Positions 12,315-25,707 of a stretch of 64,000 bases of DNA are shown one piece after another. How positions within the stretch are numbered: position 1 is the first letter of the stretch; each line of letters begins with the position of its first letter. The stretch is from the NCBI RefSeq assembly GCF_018350175.1, contig NC_058368.1:161140001-161204000 (forward strand), written 5' to 3'. Source of the stretch: Felis catus (Eukaryota). Below the pieces are notes generated by a model, which saw only the letters and a list, made by a program, of their open reading frames with translations, was not told the origin of the DNA and did not search any database. The translations under genes were made by a program, and so were the position numbers.

Positions 12315-13565
12315 TGGTCAATATCCTTCTGGTGGGGAGTATGGTTAAATTAGTTTATCATGCAGGGAATCTATATGCATTCCTAACCTGTATGAAAAGC
12401 TTTCACTGACATTTTACTTACTGTAAGATAAACTTCTTTTTCACCAAATTGTATTAACAAGTCAGAGGTGTCAGTCTTACTTCTTTAGGTTCTAACTTAA
12501 AATGAGTATTTATTGTAATTTTACTCTCTACTGAGTTCTGGCTTTCTGTTCCTGCCATATGAATACTAGGTGGCTTTGCTGATTGTCCAGTCCACTTTTG
12601 GAATAGTCACACAAAACTGACTCTGGTTTTAAGTCATTTTACATTAGGCTGCAATTGTCTAAAATACCAAAGAGAAGAAAGTGATTCTCCTGCATACAAC
12701 ATCTTGTACATTTTAGTTAGCCTTGCTGTTAACTTCAGATGGAGAAGCTTTGTAGCATTTCACATAGACTCTGTGTATATGTGTGTATGTGTGCATCAAA
12801 GAATGAATGGTAATATAAAGCAAATTGCTTTTCTTACGGTCCAATGTTAATTAAAACCAAATGTCCCTTCCACAATGTAGCTAATGTACTTTAATTATTC
12901 TGTCTTGTGCAGTTGTGACAAAAGGGAACACGTAATTATTAAAGGGAAAAAATACACATTGTACCAATAATTGTCCACACTGTGAAATAGTATTGCTTTT
13001 CCCCTGTGAGGAACTTGAATACTTGCCAAATAATCCTCTCTACACCATTTAAATAATGTACATTGTTCTTTCACAATAATTTACCTTTTTATTGGGTTTA
13101 AGCGAAACGTGTTTATTGCCATTTACTTTTCTTCCACAGTTTTAAACAATGCAAGGCCACAAGAAGTTTTTAATGTTTTTTTTTTCCTGGCATAAATTTT
13201 AAACATAAGAAATGAATGTTATTTTACATAACAAAGAAGTTTGGTAGCAATCATAATGACCTTAATGCTAACCTTTTCTATTTAAACATGGGGTAATCTA
13301 TTCCCCTGAGATTAATTTTCTTCTGCTATTGAATTAAGATAAGAATAGCTGCAAAGATGGTAGATGAAAAGTGGTGGACAGATCAAAAGGTAACAGGTAT
13401 AAAGTGGGTAGGCCACAAAATAATCTTTCTTATGCTGTTCAATATTAGGAAACAGAAATGGAATCTATTAAAATTTTCATATATTTGAATTCTTTCTCTG
13501 TCTCCCACTCTATTAAGCTCTCTGTTTTTTTAAATTATTTATTCCACCAAAGAACACTCTCCTTC

Positions 13566-13795
13566 TTTTTTTAAATTTTTTTTAATGTTTATTTATTTTT
13601 TAGAGAGACAGAGTGTGGCTGGGAGAGGGGCACAGAGAGAGGGAGACACAGAATCTGAAGCAGGCTCCAGGCTCTGAGCTGTCAGCAGAGCCCCATCCCA
13701 GACAGAGCCCCACCCAGGGCAGGGCTCAAACTCGAGTGAGATCATGGCCTGAGCCAAAGTCAGATGCTTAACTGAATGAACCAGCAAGGTGCCCC
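13566..13795 (-). mobile_element. CAN-SINE with internal duplication
   Basis: Reverse SINE with duplicated cagagcccca near the B-box; flanking acactctc repeats. Confidence 0.93.
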
Positions 13796-13856
13796 ACACT
13801 CTCTCTCTTTCTAAATGAGATTGATAAACATTTGAGCAACTTACTCAAATGCTCAT

Positions 13857-14330
13857 GTATCAGAAAAAGAAACTGTAAATATAAGTGTCAAGAAGGACAA
13901 CTACCCTCTCCCAGAGACTTTTGTTCTCTCCCCAAAGGAGGAAGTTGATTTTTCCCAAAACGATGATAAAAAAGGATAACTGAAAGGAGGAAATGAAGAA
14001 GAGGCCAATTTTCAGACCAATTTTGATGGTAGTTGTTCTGAAACTCTGTTCCATAGATCATTTTTCAGTATTCTGACAGTGAGGTGTCAGCTCTGGCAGG
14101 GACTTTTTGATTCTGACATTAGTTCCTGTGTTGGCTTCAGGGGGAGTGGCACCCTAGTGAATCACTTCTTCATTGCTGTGGGCATCATTCTTATACCCTG
14201 AGTTAGAATCTGGTTTTGGCCTTCAGCATTTCCAACAATATTATAATCACTTGATTCCCTGTTTTGAACTGCTTTATGTTAAAATACCTAGAGAGTTTTC
14301 TGTCTTTTGGATTAAACTCTGATTGATACA
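13857..14330 (+). mobile_element. Old ERVL-class solo LTR (subfamily not assigned)
   Basis: TGTATCAG start and ...aaatacctagagagttttctgtcttttggattaaactctgattgataCA end resemble old ERVL LTR termini. Confidence 0.55.
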
Positions 14331-14419
14331 GTTTCAACATATTTTTGATAAGGCAATGAATTTGTCCAATAAATTAGGATTTCAGATGAAAATGATTGAG
14401 AAACAGATTGCTTCAGATT

Positions 14420-14580
14420 ATACGGATTCTTTAACACCTTGATAAGAAATTAGAATTCATCCTAAAATTCATGACAAGCCATGAGAGGGGTCTTTCAGGA
14501 GAGAAGCAGCATGATCAATATGTATTTTACAAAAATAATTCTGGAACCTGTATGGAGTAAGTGGAAGAATGCTAGACAGA
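14420..14580 (-). mobile_element. L2 fragment
   Basis: gaattcatcctaaaattcatgacaagccatg...ggagagaagcagcatgatcaatatgtattttacaaaaataattctgg...gtatggag resembles reverse L2. Confidence 0.6.
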
Positions 14581-17567
14581 AGCAAATGGTTCAACCTGAT
14601 GGAAATAGTTGGAGCTAGCATAAATTACAGCATGGGATAACTGATAATTCTCTGAGATAATACTCCTTTCGTAAAGAATAGGCATAATATGTTTTCAGTA
14701 ATGTTAAAAAAATAGTAACCAAGAAGAACCCATTTTATTTATTTTTTCATATTATAGCCAACAGCTTTCATTTTGTTCAACACTTTATCATCGTAACAGG
14801 CTTTCCAGTTAACCCATGAACATGGTAGTATGTAAATGAATAGATATGGAATACATGTATCAAGTATCCTTTCTCTGCCTGAAAGTTCCCAGCAAATACA
14901 TCAGTTCTTAAAGCTCAAATATACCAGTTATTTTAATTAAACTGATGGAACATTGGCAGAATCAAAACAATTTGAGTATTTGCCAGTACTAAAGCCAAGT
15001 GCCCGTCCCTGTATAAGAACTCAGTACACATTAGTTCTCTTACTCTCCACTATACCTACAACACTGAAAACACCCTAATATTCCAAGACAAAACTAGGCA
15101 TGTTCTTAGACTAGAAGGTGCCCCTAAGTTTAGACATTTTGTCAGTGAAATACCCAAGCAACTGTATAACCAGTGAACAAACTGAAATAAGCATCATTTG
15201 AGAAGATAAATATCTCCTTGTGCTTCAGGAAAAGGAAAAAAAAAAAAAACATCCAATTATGTGGCCAGAGGAGGGAACAAAACTTTCTAAGCAATATAGC
15301 ACTCAAGATGAGCATTGAAACAAAAACGGAAGAGTTGAATCTATGAAAACAGTATCAAGAAAAGCAGAAACCAGTATGAGAAAAGAAGGATATAAGGATA
15401 AGCGAGGCTGGGTCTATATTGTGGAGGAAAGTGAATGGCTGGCTGAGAAATCAGTATTTAATTAATGCACTATAGAAAAACTTTAAAGGATTTTGAATGG
15501 AGAATTAATCAATTAAATAATTTACAAAACAATAACAACAATAACAATAAACAAAATCCCCAAAACCTCTGGTGTCTACATGTCATTTTCAGATGGAATT
15601 CCTCAGAAAGATAAATTTAATTTTGCTTGAGGAGGTTTGGCCTATATGAAGGTTTGCCAGATTTTTTTTTTTTTTTGCCAACATTTGCAAAGTGGGATAT
15701 GTCATAATTGTCAACCACCAACTTCTGGCTTATTTATTTACTTTTCTAGGAAGCAACTTTATTCATGCTGGCACTACTCAGTTGGGTTTGTACCCAAAGA
15801 ACTGAGCCCCAAACACCACGTGCCATAGTTTTAATTTTTTAAATCAAAAGATATATAAACAGAGATATATAGCATGACTGGCACTACTCAGCAATTGTAG
15901 TGGGTTTAGAGATGAAGCCTTACTTGGTATAAGTTTTTGAGGCAATAGAATCACCAGCTGTGGCCTCTGCCCTGTGTTTACACTTTCCATCAGAACATTT
16001 CACTTATCCATGGTTGGTATATCTGAGAGATATGAAATCTCATTTATGGAACTTGGTATATTATATCTCCATTCCTAGAATACAATCTACCCCATATAAA
16101 TCTACTAAATACCTTAAACAGCCCAATATATTTGCACATCATAGGATTTTCAGTACGATTATCCATATAAATTAATTGCTTATTTCAGGACTATTTTCGT
16201 GGGCAATTGCCCTTGTTAACAATAAGTGGGAACAAATACGGATAAAAGTGATATAAGTATAAAGGCCAAACTTTACATTTGATTATGCCTTCATATTTAT
16301 TACTTTAAAGAAAGTTTAAATATATTTCCTGTATAACCAAAGTGGAGGGAAAATACTCTAATTTAAAAATCACATATTCACAGAATGCTAATTTATTACA
16401 TTCATCAGGTATAATAAAATGTGTCTACGTGTTTAGTTTTGTTATTTCATATTTAAATATTGCATGAATATTTTATCACTATAGTGAAAAGTTTTGCATT
16501 AAAATGATTACTTTTTTATTACAACACATAATAATTTAGCTAAATGAGTGTCTCTGTATGAAGGCACTTGATTAGGCATACATGGGTCCTTGATGACAAG
16601 AAAATTCGGGAGGTTTTTGGAAGTTTGGAGATACCTAGCTGAGACATTTAGAATACTACAGTTTTGACACTGTTGGGGTTATGTGATTGCTTTCTGACTA
16701 ACTAGAAGGTAAAGTCAAGGGAAAGGCAGAAATGAAAAAGGACACAGCTGGGCATGATATTCCTGCTGACTGCAAAAATCAATTTCTGGCACCTGAAGGA
16801 AGCAAAGGAGAAGCGATTTCCATATCTTAGAAAGGTGCTCTGTCAACCAGAAGCTCAAGCAAACACAGGTAAAATAAAAGTAAATGTTTTCAGATTTTGT
16901 AACTTTCAAGTTATAATTTGGTATGTTTGCACCAATTGTTTACAAAGCCACTGAGTCAGGCCCACAAATTTAAGATTAATTATTTGCTCACCAAAATAAT
17001 TTCATAAAATAAGCCAAGTCTTTAGCCACTAAACAAAGAATAATATAGTGTTAAAATAACTCCGTTGCTAAGTGTGCATGCACAGTGTGTAGAATTATGG
17101 TTTTCTGGTGTTAGTTTAACATTATTTTTATCCAGGCTACTTACCAGGAATATGTCATTAATAACCTCTGATGGCCCTCACTTGGACACACACACATACA
17201 CCAGGAAGAGTGGGATATATGAAAGAAATAGCATCTAAATGAAAATTCCAGGTTATTAACATATAGGCTAAACCCACACTATGATATAGGGTCTGGTGAG
17301 GGCTGTGATTGATACATATATCATAGTTAAATGGAAATCCTTACTTCCACTGTTTCTCAGACATTCTCTTTATTTTCTCTATCTTCCACCTAACAAGAAT
17401 CAAAGTAAGAGGGCAATGACATTATCAAATATGTATAGTCAACTTCAGCATAACAACCTCACCACATGGAAGTGGATGGTACACAAAAGAAGTGGAAAAC
17501 AAAAAAGAATGGATAAAGCACAATGGCATGAACACAGTTCAATCTCATCTTTTGAAATGTAACTCTA

Positions 17568-17793
17568 GGAGCACCCGAGTGGCTCAGTCGATTAAATGTC
17601 CAACTCTTGATTTCCGTTTAGGTCCTGATCTCAGGGTCTTAAGATTGAGCCCTGCGCCAGGGGTCAGGGCGAGCTGGGTGCTGAGCCTGCTTAAGATTCT
17701 CTCTCTCCCTCTCCATCTGTCCCTCCTTCAGTTGCATGTGTGCATGCACGCACTCTTTAGCTCTCTCAAAATATAAATAAATAAATATAAAAA
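17568..17793 (+). mobile_element. CAN-SINE (older subfamily)
   Basis: ggagcacccgagtggctcagtcgattaa...ggtcctgatctcagggtc...gagcctgcttaagattctctctc; flanking taactct. Confidence 0.92.
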
Positions 17794-19174
17794 GTATAAC
17801 TCTTATCATTGCCTTGGACTGAGGCAATTTTATTAGCAGCTTCTCTTCTCTATAGGAAAGGCTAGTGGGTAGAGGGAGGAAGGAAGCAGAAACACTATTC
17901 TATGCCTCCCTTTTTCCTCTCTTCCCTCATACATCATGTTTCTGTTCATTTTATACACTCTGTTTATGTCTTGATTGATACAATCAACTTCTTAGAACAA
18001 TCAGTATGCCGACTATTTATATCCAGGTTTATAGATTTAAAATACACTCTCTGAGAGTATACTGTTTCTAAAGAAAAAAGAAAAAAAAAGCATTTCAGAA
18101 AAAGGTTAGAGAATAAAGATATAGAATTTTAGCATTTGCCATCTCGTTTTGAGATGCCGTTCTGGACTTTAGGAATTTCAAATTATTCCTGTGATTCACA
18201 GACAAAGCCAAGTTCAGTGAGGCAGTATTCTTCATTAAGAAACATTTAACTCAGTAATGGTCTGGGCCAACTGGAGAATGAGGAAAAGCAATTTAAAAGA
18301 GCACAGGATCTGTTTTAAGAATAATCACTTGTTCACCACATAAAATGAATAATTTAGATGGCCGTTAGCCACAATTATTATAGGTGGGCAAAGGCAAATA
18401 GAAAATTGTATAATTTCATGGATGTTAATTGCATTTTGGTTGAGGAAGAAAAATTCATGCACTTGCTGAATTGAACTATAATATTAAAATGAAACAACTA
18501 TTTGGTTGCTTGTGAACTCATCAGGGTTTTAAATTGCATATTGATCTTTTTTCTATTTTTAAATTTATTATTATTAAAAATTATATAAACATACCAAGCA
18601 TATGTTTCAACAGTTAACAAGTCATGGTCAATATTGTTTTATCTGAATCAGCGCATAATTTCTCCCATCACCCCGCCCACATTACTTTTATAAATATTTG
18701 CACATCCTATCATTTAATCTGTATATTTTTTTATTGATTCATTTTCATGCTGTTATTATGCCCATTCTGAGTTCTTCACATTGTTTCCCCAAATGACTGA
18801 AGCAAAGGAAGTGAGCCACATCTACCAACATATACCACCATTCTGCTTTTCTTTGATGAGCACAGTATTGGGGCTATAACAGGGGATGATTGCTGAAATA
18901 ATGGTATTTCAGATTTCCTCATCCTTATAATCATTATTTCCATATATAATTTACAAAAGGGCTCAATAAATGCTTGTTGAATGAGTGCAGAGAATCCATA
19001 TTTTTATGACCACTCTCATCAATTCATGTCAATGTTACACGTAAGCAAACATTCCTAATACAAAAGCTATAACAATACCCATCTCCTATTATCAGGATAA
19101 GATGTGATGGTGTTTCTAGAGCACTTAGCACAAGTCCTGGCTGTGATATACTATTAAATATTTGAACTTAATAT

Positions 19175-19370
19175 TTATTTTTATTAGTTTTTGTTTATTA
19201 TTTTTTGTTTGTTTATTTTGAGAAAGAGTGCATGCTCGTGAGCAGGGGAGGGGCAGAGAGAGAGGAGATAGAGAATCCCACACAGGGCTCGATATCACAA
19301 CCCCTGGGATCATGACCTGAGCCAAAATCATGAGTTGTCTACTTAACTGGCTGAGGCACCCAGGCGGCCC
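19175..19370 (-). mobile_element. CAN-SINE
   Basis: T-rich tail, gagcaggggaggggcagagag, gatcatgacctgagcc, cacccaggcggccc. Confidence 0.92.
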
Positions 19371-20716
19371 TGTTTTTATTTATCATTGAAAGTGATTTTG
19401 TAATAGCAACCACAAAGGAATGAGGATCTCTAAACCTCTCTGGAGCCGACTTGCCTTCCTGATCATTCATGTTAAGAAAACTCTTCAAAACCTTAAAGGC
19501 ACTTTGGAGCTTGGATTTAGTTCTATACTCACTGTGATCAAAAACAGCCTTTTATCAACAAGACTTAAACCACAGTGACAGAACTATTGTTTTATTTTCT
19601 TAGTGGAGGATCTCCAAATATCCTGTATCTATACAATGCAGATATTCTAACTGTGATGATCATAAATAGGTATGGCTCTCTTCCCCCAAATGCTTGCCTA
19701 GAATCCCACTAATTACCTCAGCAGTATGCTCTTGCTCTCTAGAGCTCTAATCTCTACATAGAAGAGTGTCAAGTTGGGATAGAAATTGGATGGGTAGAAG
19801 GAGGGTGAATATAATCCATTATTAAGAAGAGTGCATCAATAAGGCAACAAACATTATTAAGAGAAAAAACAACCAAAACTGTCATGAGATATTTCAGTGG
19901 CATAAACCATTTTCTCTCCTGCAAGATGCTAGCAGTCTGGTTGGGTAATGGACTAAAACAATTCCCCAGCAATGTAACACCATCTACTTTAGTTCTAAAA
20001 TATAAATGTTTTATTACATTCCACAATTAAAACTTAAATATATAGATACTATATATAAGAATGGATCCACAAAAAAATCAGTACTCTTTAACTAAACTGT
20101 GATCAGAGTTCATCCTCAGAGATTGTGATATTGTAACTCTGAGCTAGATCCTCAAGAATTTATACTTTTTAAAAACTCTACAGGAAATTTTGGTATACAC
20201 TCCTTGGTGAGTGACACTGAGCTAAAACTATGATGTGAGCTGCACATGTACAATGTAGGATGTAAGATCCTACAGAAATGATCTATTGAATGGGTAGGAT
20301 GTCATCTTATGTCTCCATGGCTCCCCCAAATGGCCTCCCGAAAGTACATAAGTAACTAGTACATATCAAGCACTAAATTGGTCTTTGATTAGCTTTTTCA
20401 CTTCTATGAATTAACTTTTTATTTATTGAAGCAATGTAAGTGAAGTTAAATTTTAATGGACCCACCAAATAGAACATGGGTGAGAAAATTGACCAAATAT
20501 CATTATTCACAGAAGATGAAAGAAAAAAATTTTCTGAAACAAATGGGAGAACAAAATTTAAGGTTCAGGTTTATTGCATGAGATATACTGAGTTTAGGTG
20601 AAATCTAGAACATGGAGACTTGAGGTAGGACCAGCATAGATACATAAGTGTTTTCCATGTATGCATGCATAATATTTTAAGAAATATTTTTGGAACTATT
20701 ATTAAAAATTAATCTA

Positions 20717-20930
20717 GGGGCACCTGGGTGGCTCAGTCGGTTAAGCATCTGACTTCGGCTCAGGTCATGATCTCGCAGTTTGTGGGTTTGAGCCCTGCAT
20801 CGGGCTCTGTGCTGACAGCTCAGAGCCTGGAGCCTGCTTCAGATTCTGTCCCTCCTCCTCTAAGCCCCTACCATGCTCATACTCTGTCTCTCTCTCTGTC
20901 TCTCAATAATAAACATTAAAAAAAAATTAA
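20717..20930 (+). mobile_element. CAN-SINE
   Basis: ggggcacctgggtggctcagtcggttaagcatctgacttcggctcaggtcatgatctc; TSD aaaattaatcta / aaaattcatcta. Confidence 0.95.
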
Positions 20931-21906
20931 AAATTCATCTAAAATTAGCTTTTGCTAGTGAGATTGGAATAAAATCTTCACTGTACATTATAAACTCAAG
21001 ATTTGTCTCAAGCTATTATGAAAGTTGTATTAATCATTTTAGAAAATACCAACATATGTCAGAGTAAAAAAAGTCTTAACCAACTATGTAAAAATTAGAA
21101 TCATATTAACTTATTTTCTCCAAGTATATTGTTCATATATATCCTCAGTTTGTTTGCCCTTTTTAATAAAATTATTGCAGTAAATTTTAATATAGTACCT
21201 AAATGAATGACCTGCCAGCTATAGCCAGAATATACTTATCATGCAACATTTTCACCTAATATCCAATACACTTAAAAATTCTGAAATTTAAAATTTTAGA
21301 ATTACATAAAAATTACATCAATATTAGGGTATGTATTATTTGCAGTACCAAATTTTGGTGTGCCCTAAGAATTCAACTTTACATTGAAATGGAAACAAAC
21401 ACCACAGAAAATCAGTCCTGTAATCATGGAAAAATGTACCAACGACTAAATGTGGAGTTTCTGTCAAATACTCTAAGAGACAACATTTACCTCTTGGTCT
21501 AGGACCTCCTTCAAATTTGGAAATGGAAGCAAGAACCAATTAAATATCAGTCAAATATTTGATTATATTATGAACTGTGTTAATAACTTAAATTGATTCC
21601 CTTCTATTCTCTTGAGTTGCCTGCATGCCTTTATAAACTTGGGCATACCAGAAATTAGGGCTGATTTTTTGAGAAATGTATATAATGATCTTTATTTTCT
21701 ATGTAAGTAAACAGATGATAGCTAGTGGCAACCCTGAACAGACTTCATAAGTACAGTGAAGCCTGTTTGGTTATACCTTCTAACTGATGAATTAGTGAGG
21801 AACACTCAATAAATGCTCAGAGTTCATCCATGTTCTTCCATATGTCTGTCTCTAATGCCTCAGGCAATAAAGCAAACCACATTTAAATAATTTTTTTAAG
21901 CTATTC

Positions 21907-22695
21907 TGTGGAGGATAAACTTAGGAATCCCCCAGGCTTACACCAATGGGTTAACAAGGCATAAAGAAATATAAAACCATAGGATGCTCACACCTGAGTT
22001 TGGGTAAACAAGACAAGGCAACCAAGAATAGGGAGGTGCAAAGGCACCCCAGAATAGAGAGGAGGTGCAGAGCTCCTGGAATAGAGAGGGGGGGCAAAGG
22101 CCCAAATATAAGGGTGCAAAGGTGCCCAATACATAGGTATATGAAATAAACAAGATTAGATATTCAAGGTGGAAGCACCCCCATTTTAGTACTATGGCAG
22201 AAAATGCTTTCAAGGAAGAAAGGACCAAGTTAGGTAAACAGGTAAATTGGGCTATAGACCACAGCTGTAGCAGCCCAGAGCTGAGATGATTAATAAAACA
22301 ATTTGCCTTGTTAACTCTGAGTTTATTTCCCCTACCTGTCTCATCTTCTAGGCTAGCTAAGATAAACAGAGGTTGTGCCTCATGTTCCCTGTAAACAACC
22401 TTCTGCCAGACTGCCTGGCGTCAGGATTTTGCTTTGTATTAACCTAAACCCCTAACCCCAAATATCTTCAAGACCCCCTTTCCCTCACGTACACAAGTTA
22501 ATGTTCACGGATTCATTGTCTCTTTATGCATGTTCATCACCATGTTTGTAAGCCTTCTGATCCTAATAAAAGTGGGGCAAAGACCCTTATTTGGGGCTCT
22601 TGTTTTTTCCCATAAATTATCCATCTCTCACTTTCAATCCTGTATCCCACTCTTTAGCTACATAAGAGAGAACTTTAGACCCAGAGTCTCTGACA
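21907..22695 (+). mobile_element. ERV solo LTR (789 bp), family not assigned
   Basis: TG...CA termini (tgtggagg / ctctgaca), 6-bp flanks ctattc / ctgttc, higher GC than flanks, tandem U3-like motifs at 22025-22127, AATAAA at 22565-22570. Confidence 0.8.
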
Positions 22696-24718
22696 CTGTT
22701 CCAGTTATTGCTATGTCCTGACACACTTTTCTGTTTCTAAAATGTCCTGGGTATTCCTATCTTGTGTAAGTCAGTCTTTTATACAAAGTTTCATTTTAGG
22801 GGGAAAATAGCAAAAGGACGGAAGTGGCAATTTTTTTTCCACTCAGGTCCCAGTGAAGAGTAAAAATTCACTTATATGAAAATGAATGCATCATGAAAAT
22901 GAATCTACAAAGATTTTTTTTGAGGTACATATATTAACAAGATATCAAGGAAATCATTTCCTGATGTTTTATGGATGATTATTATACATGTTTAAGTTAA
23001 ACAGACATCCATTAAACACCTGCTAAGGATGAATCATTGTACTCAGTACATTACACCTGCCCCCAAAATATTATATTCTAGTGAGAAAACACAGACATGT
23101 TAGCATAGAAGGACTCAGCATACCTGGAAGATTTCAGGATGATTTGTATATGAACTTCTCTCATCAATAAAGCCTATTTCAAGTATAAATATACAATTAC
23201 TTGTAAAAATTAATTATTTCTAGAGCACAAGGGCCACAAGGACAGAAAAAAACCTCTGTTTTAACAGATTTACCACTAGAGTCCAGGACAGTATTTGGCA
23301 CGCTGTAGGCACTCTGTTGATTATATAAATAGCAAGTAACAGGTGTTCTATGTTGTGACCAAAAGATAAGTTAAATTAGCTGAGCAAAAATGTTTGCTGG
23401 GAAGGGCAAGTTTTAAGTGAAGGTGAGATGGGGTAGGAGATTTGTGACAAGGCTATGTTAGACTGAGTGAGGATCACAAGCCTAAGCATGAAGGAGAATG
23501 GGCCTGGAGTGCTGCAGGTGATAGAGTTCCAAACAGAGAATCCTGGAGATGAAGCTGGGAAGTTGTACAGGTGCACACCAAAACATGACACACTACGCGT
23601 CCCTTGGTAAGGAGATAAAATCTATGCCTGAGAGAATAAGATGGCATTTACACTTGCACACATACTATCACTACCTTCTTAGATCAACCAAACAGGTTTA
23701 ACTACTTTGTCACTGATCAGAACACACATGCACACTGAACCACAATGGTCTCTAAACAAACAATGGATTAATCCAAGAATAGAAATCTTATGACCCTGCA
23801 AGTTCAGGACAAGATGAAGCTTTACAAGTTTTCCACTAAGGAAGTAATAATATCAAATCCATGGTTTACTTTATTTTTGTGGTAGAAGGTTGACAAGAGC
23901 TACTGAATCCAGACACTGAATGTGATAATTAAATGAAATATGAATATTCTATATTAAAGAAAAATGCCATATTTAGCCTTATTTTGTAATTTTATTAATG
24001 TGTTCATTTGGTATTTTATTTTAGACTTAATTTTTTAACATTATGTTTATGTGTTTAGTTTATATTTCTTCTCATTTTTACTCCCTTCTAATAGGACTTG
24101 TTAGTAGTTTATTTTCATTCCACAATAAATAGTTTTTTCTCTTTACATATGCAGCAGGATTTCCAGTCATTGGACTTCCCTTCTGGAAACTGGGCTAAAT
24201 ATTTTAATATCCAGAGTCCCTTCTGTATGGCTTACTCCTTCAAGTCTTCTCATATACTATTCTTATACTACACTTTGCCTGTCCTAGATTAAAACAGAGT
24301 TTATTTTGGGTTTAACTCACTGATTACTACTCTTTTATAAAAATAAAGTACATCCATTTGAACAAATTACCTATAATCATTTTCATGTTATTTGTCTGAG
24401 ATGAGATAAATTTATTAATATTATCTCGTTTCATTTTTTCTTTCTTGAATATAAAGTTACCTGTATATATTCTAAAAAAAATGTTTTACCATCTGTTTTA
24501 ACTCAAATATGCTTGATTTTATTCTAACACATTTACCTTTCCAACATTTTTGATGAAAGGTAGGGAAATTGCCTATGCACATCAATTTTTTTTATTAAAA
24601 TGTTTAAAAGATTAAAGTAAGAGAAAGATACTCTTACAAAAATGTATTGCATGGAAAACTAAAACCAAATACCCAAAGACTATCCTACAACGTATAGTAA
24701 AGCAGAGGTTAAAAAATT

Positions 24719-24977
24719 GGGGCGCCTGGGTGGCTCAGTCGGTTGAGTGTCTGACTTCAGCTCAGGTCATGATCTCACAGTTCATGAGTTCCTCCCTGCG
24801 TCCAGCCCTGCGTGGCGCCCCACGTGGGGCTCTGTTGGGGCTCTGTGCTGACAGCTGGGAGCCTGGAGCCTGCTTCGGATTCTGTCACCCTCTCTGCCCC
24901 TCCCCCACTCATGCTGTGTGTGTCTCTCTCTCTTTCTCCCTCTCTCTCAAAAATAAGTAAATGTTAAGAAAAATTTA
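24719..24977 (+). mobile_element. CAN-SINE with GC-rich internal expansion
   Basis: Canonical head ggggcgcctgggtggctcagtcggttgag; extra sequence at ~24791-24840; TSD aaaaaattg. Confidence 0.94.
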
Positions 24978-25707
24978 AAAAAATTGATGTCACAATTTTC
25001 TTATATTTATCACTTCACAAATATATCAAGAACATGTTGACTTAAGAAAACCTAGGGCCAGGCATCCAATAGTTTGTATGTTTTTTTCACCCTCTGACAC
25101 CTATGACTGATCATTGCACACAATTACACAGCTCCATGCACACAAAAGGTATATATCTTCAAGTAATATTTCCATAGCAGAGAGTTTCCATTTTCCACTT
25201 AAACATTTCCAAATATTCATGCCTAATTATATTAGAATAGTATCATATCGTTAACCAAAATTTTCCCCTTAATCATTTTTACTGTATCTTCTACTTAAAT
25301 GTAATCCTCGTTCATTTTTCCCTCAACAAATTTTTCAGTGTCCTTGAATACAATAATATGTACATTATCTGTTTCTTATCGGACTTTTACACACTATTTT
25401 AGCATATTTGATAAATCTTGGCTGCAATATTTGCTTCTCTTTAGGTGTTTGCCTAATGGTAATATTCTATTTTCCCTGTCCTTTCTACATTCTACTTTAA
25501 GAAAGAATTGATCTTCTCTTCTGTTTATTTTTTAATTATTCATTTTTAAAAAAAATATTCTGAATATTTAAATTAGCCCAGTTTATCCATAATTTGCATA
25601 TCCATAATTTATCATAAACTATCCATAAATTAACATTGTTATTTATTTTGTTTCTTAAATTGTCCCAGATTTGGCCATTGGGAGCTGCTTCATGTGGTGC
25701 TTGTGTC

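Noticed and set aside
20717..20800. tRNA genes suggested by A-box/B-box motifs
   Set aside because: All such motifs here are heads of tRNA-derived SINEs, not complete cloverleaf tRNA genes.
22025..22127. Regularly spaced repeats as a CRISPR-like array
   Set aside because: Eukaryotic context, degenerate contiguous units without unique spacers, inside an LTR, and no cas-like ORFs.
24397..24433. 13-bp imperfect hairpin (two G-U pairs)
   Set aside because: AT-rich and short; expected by chance in 64 kb.
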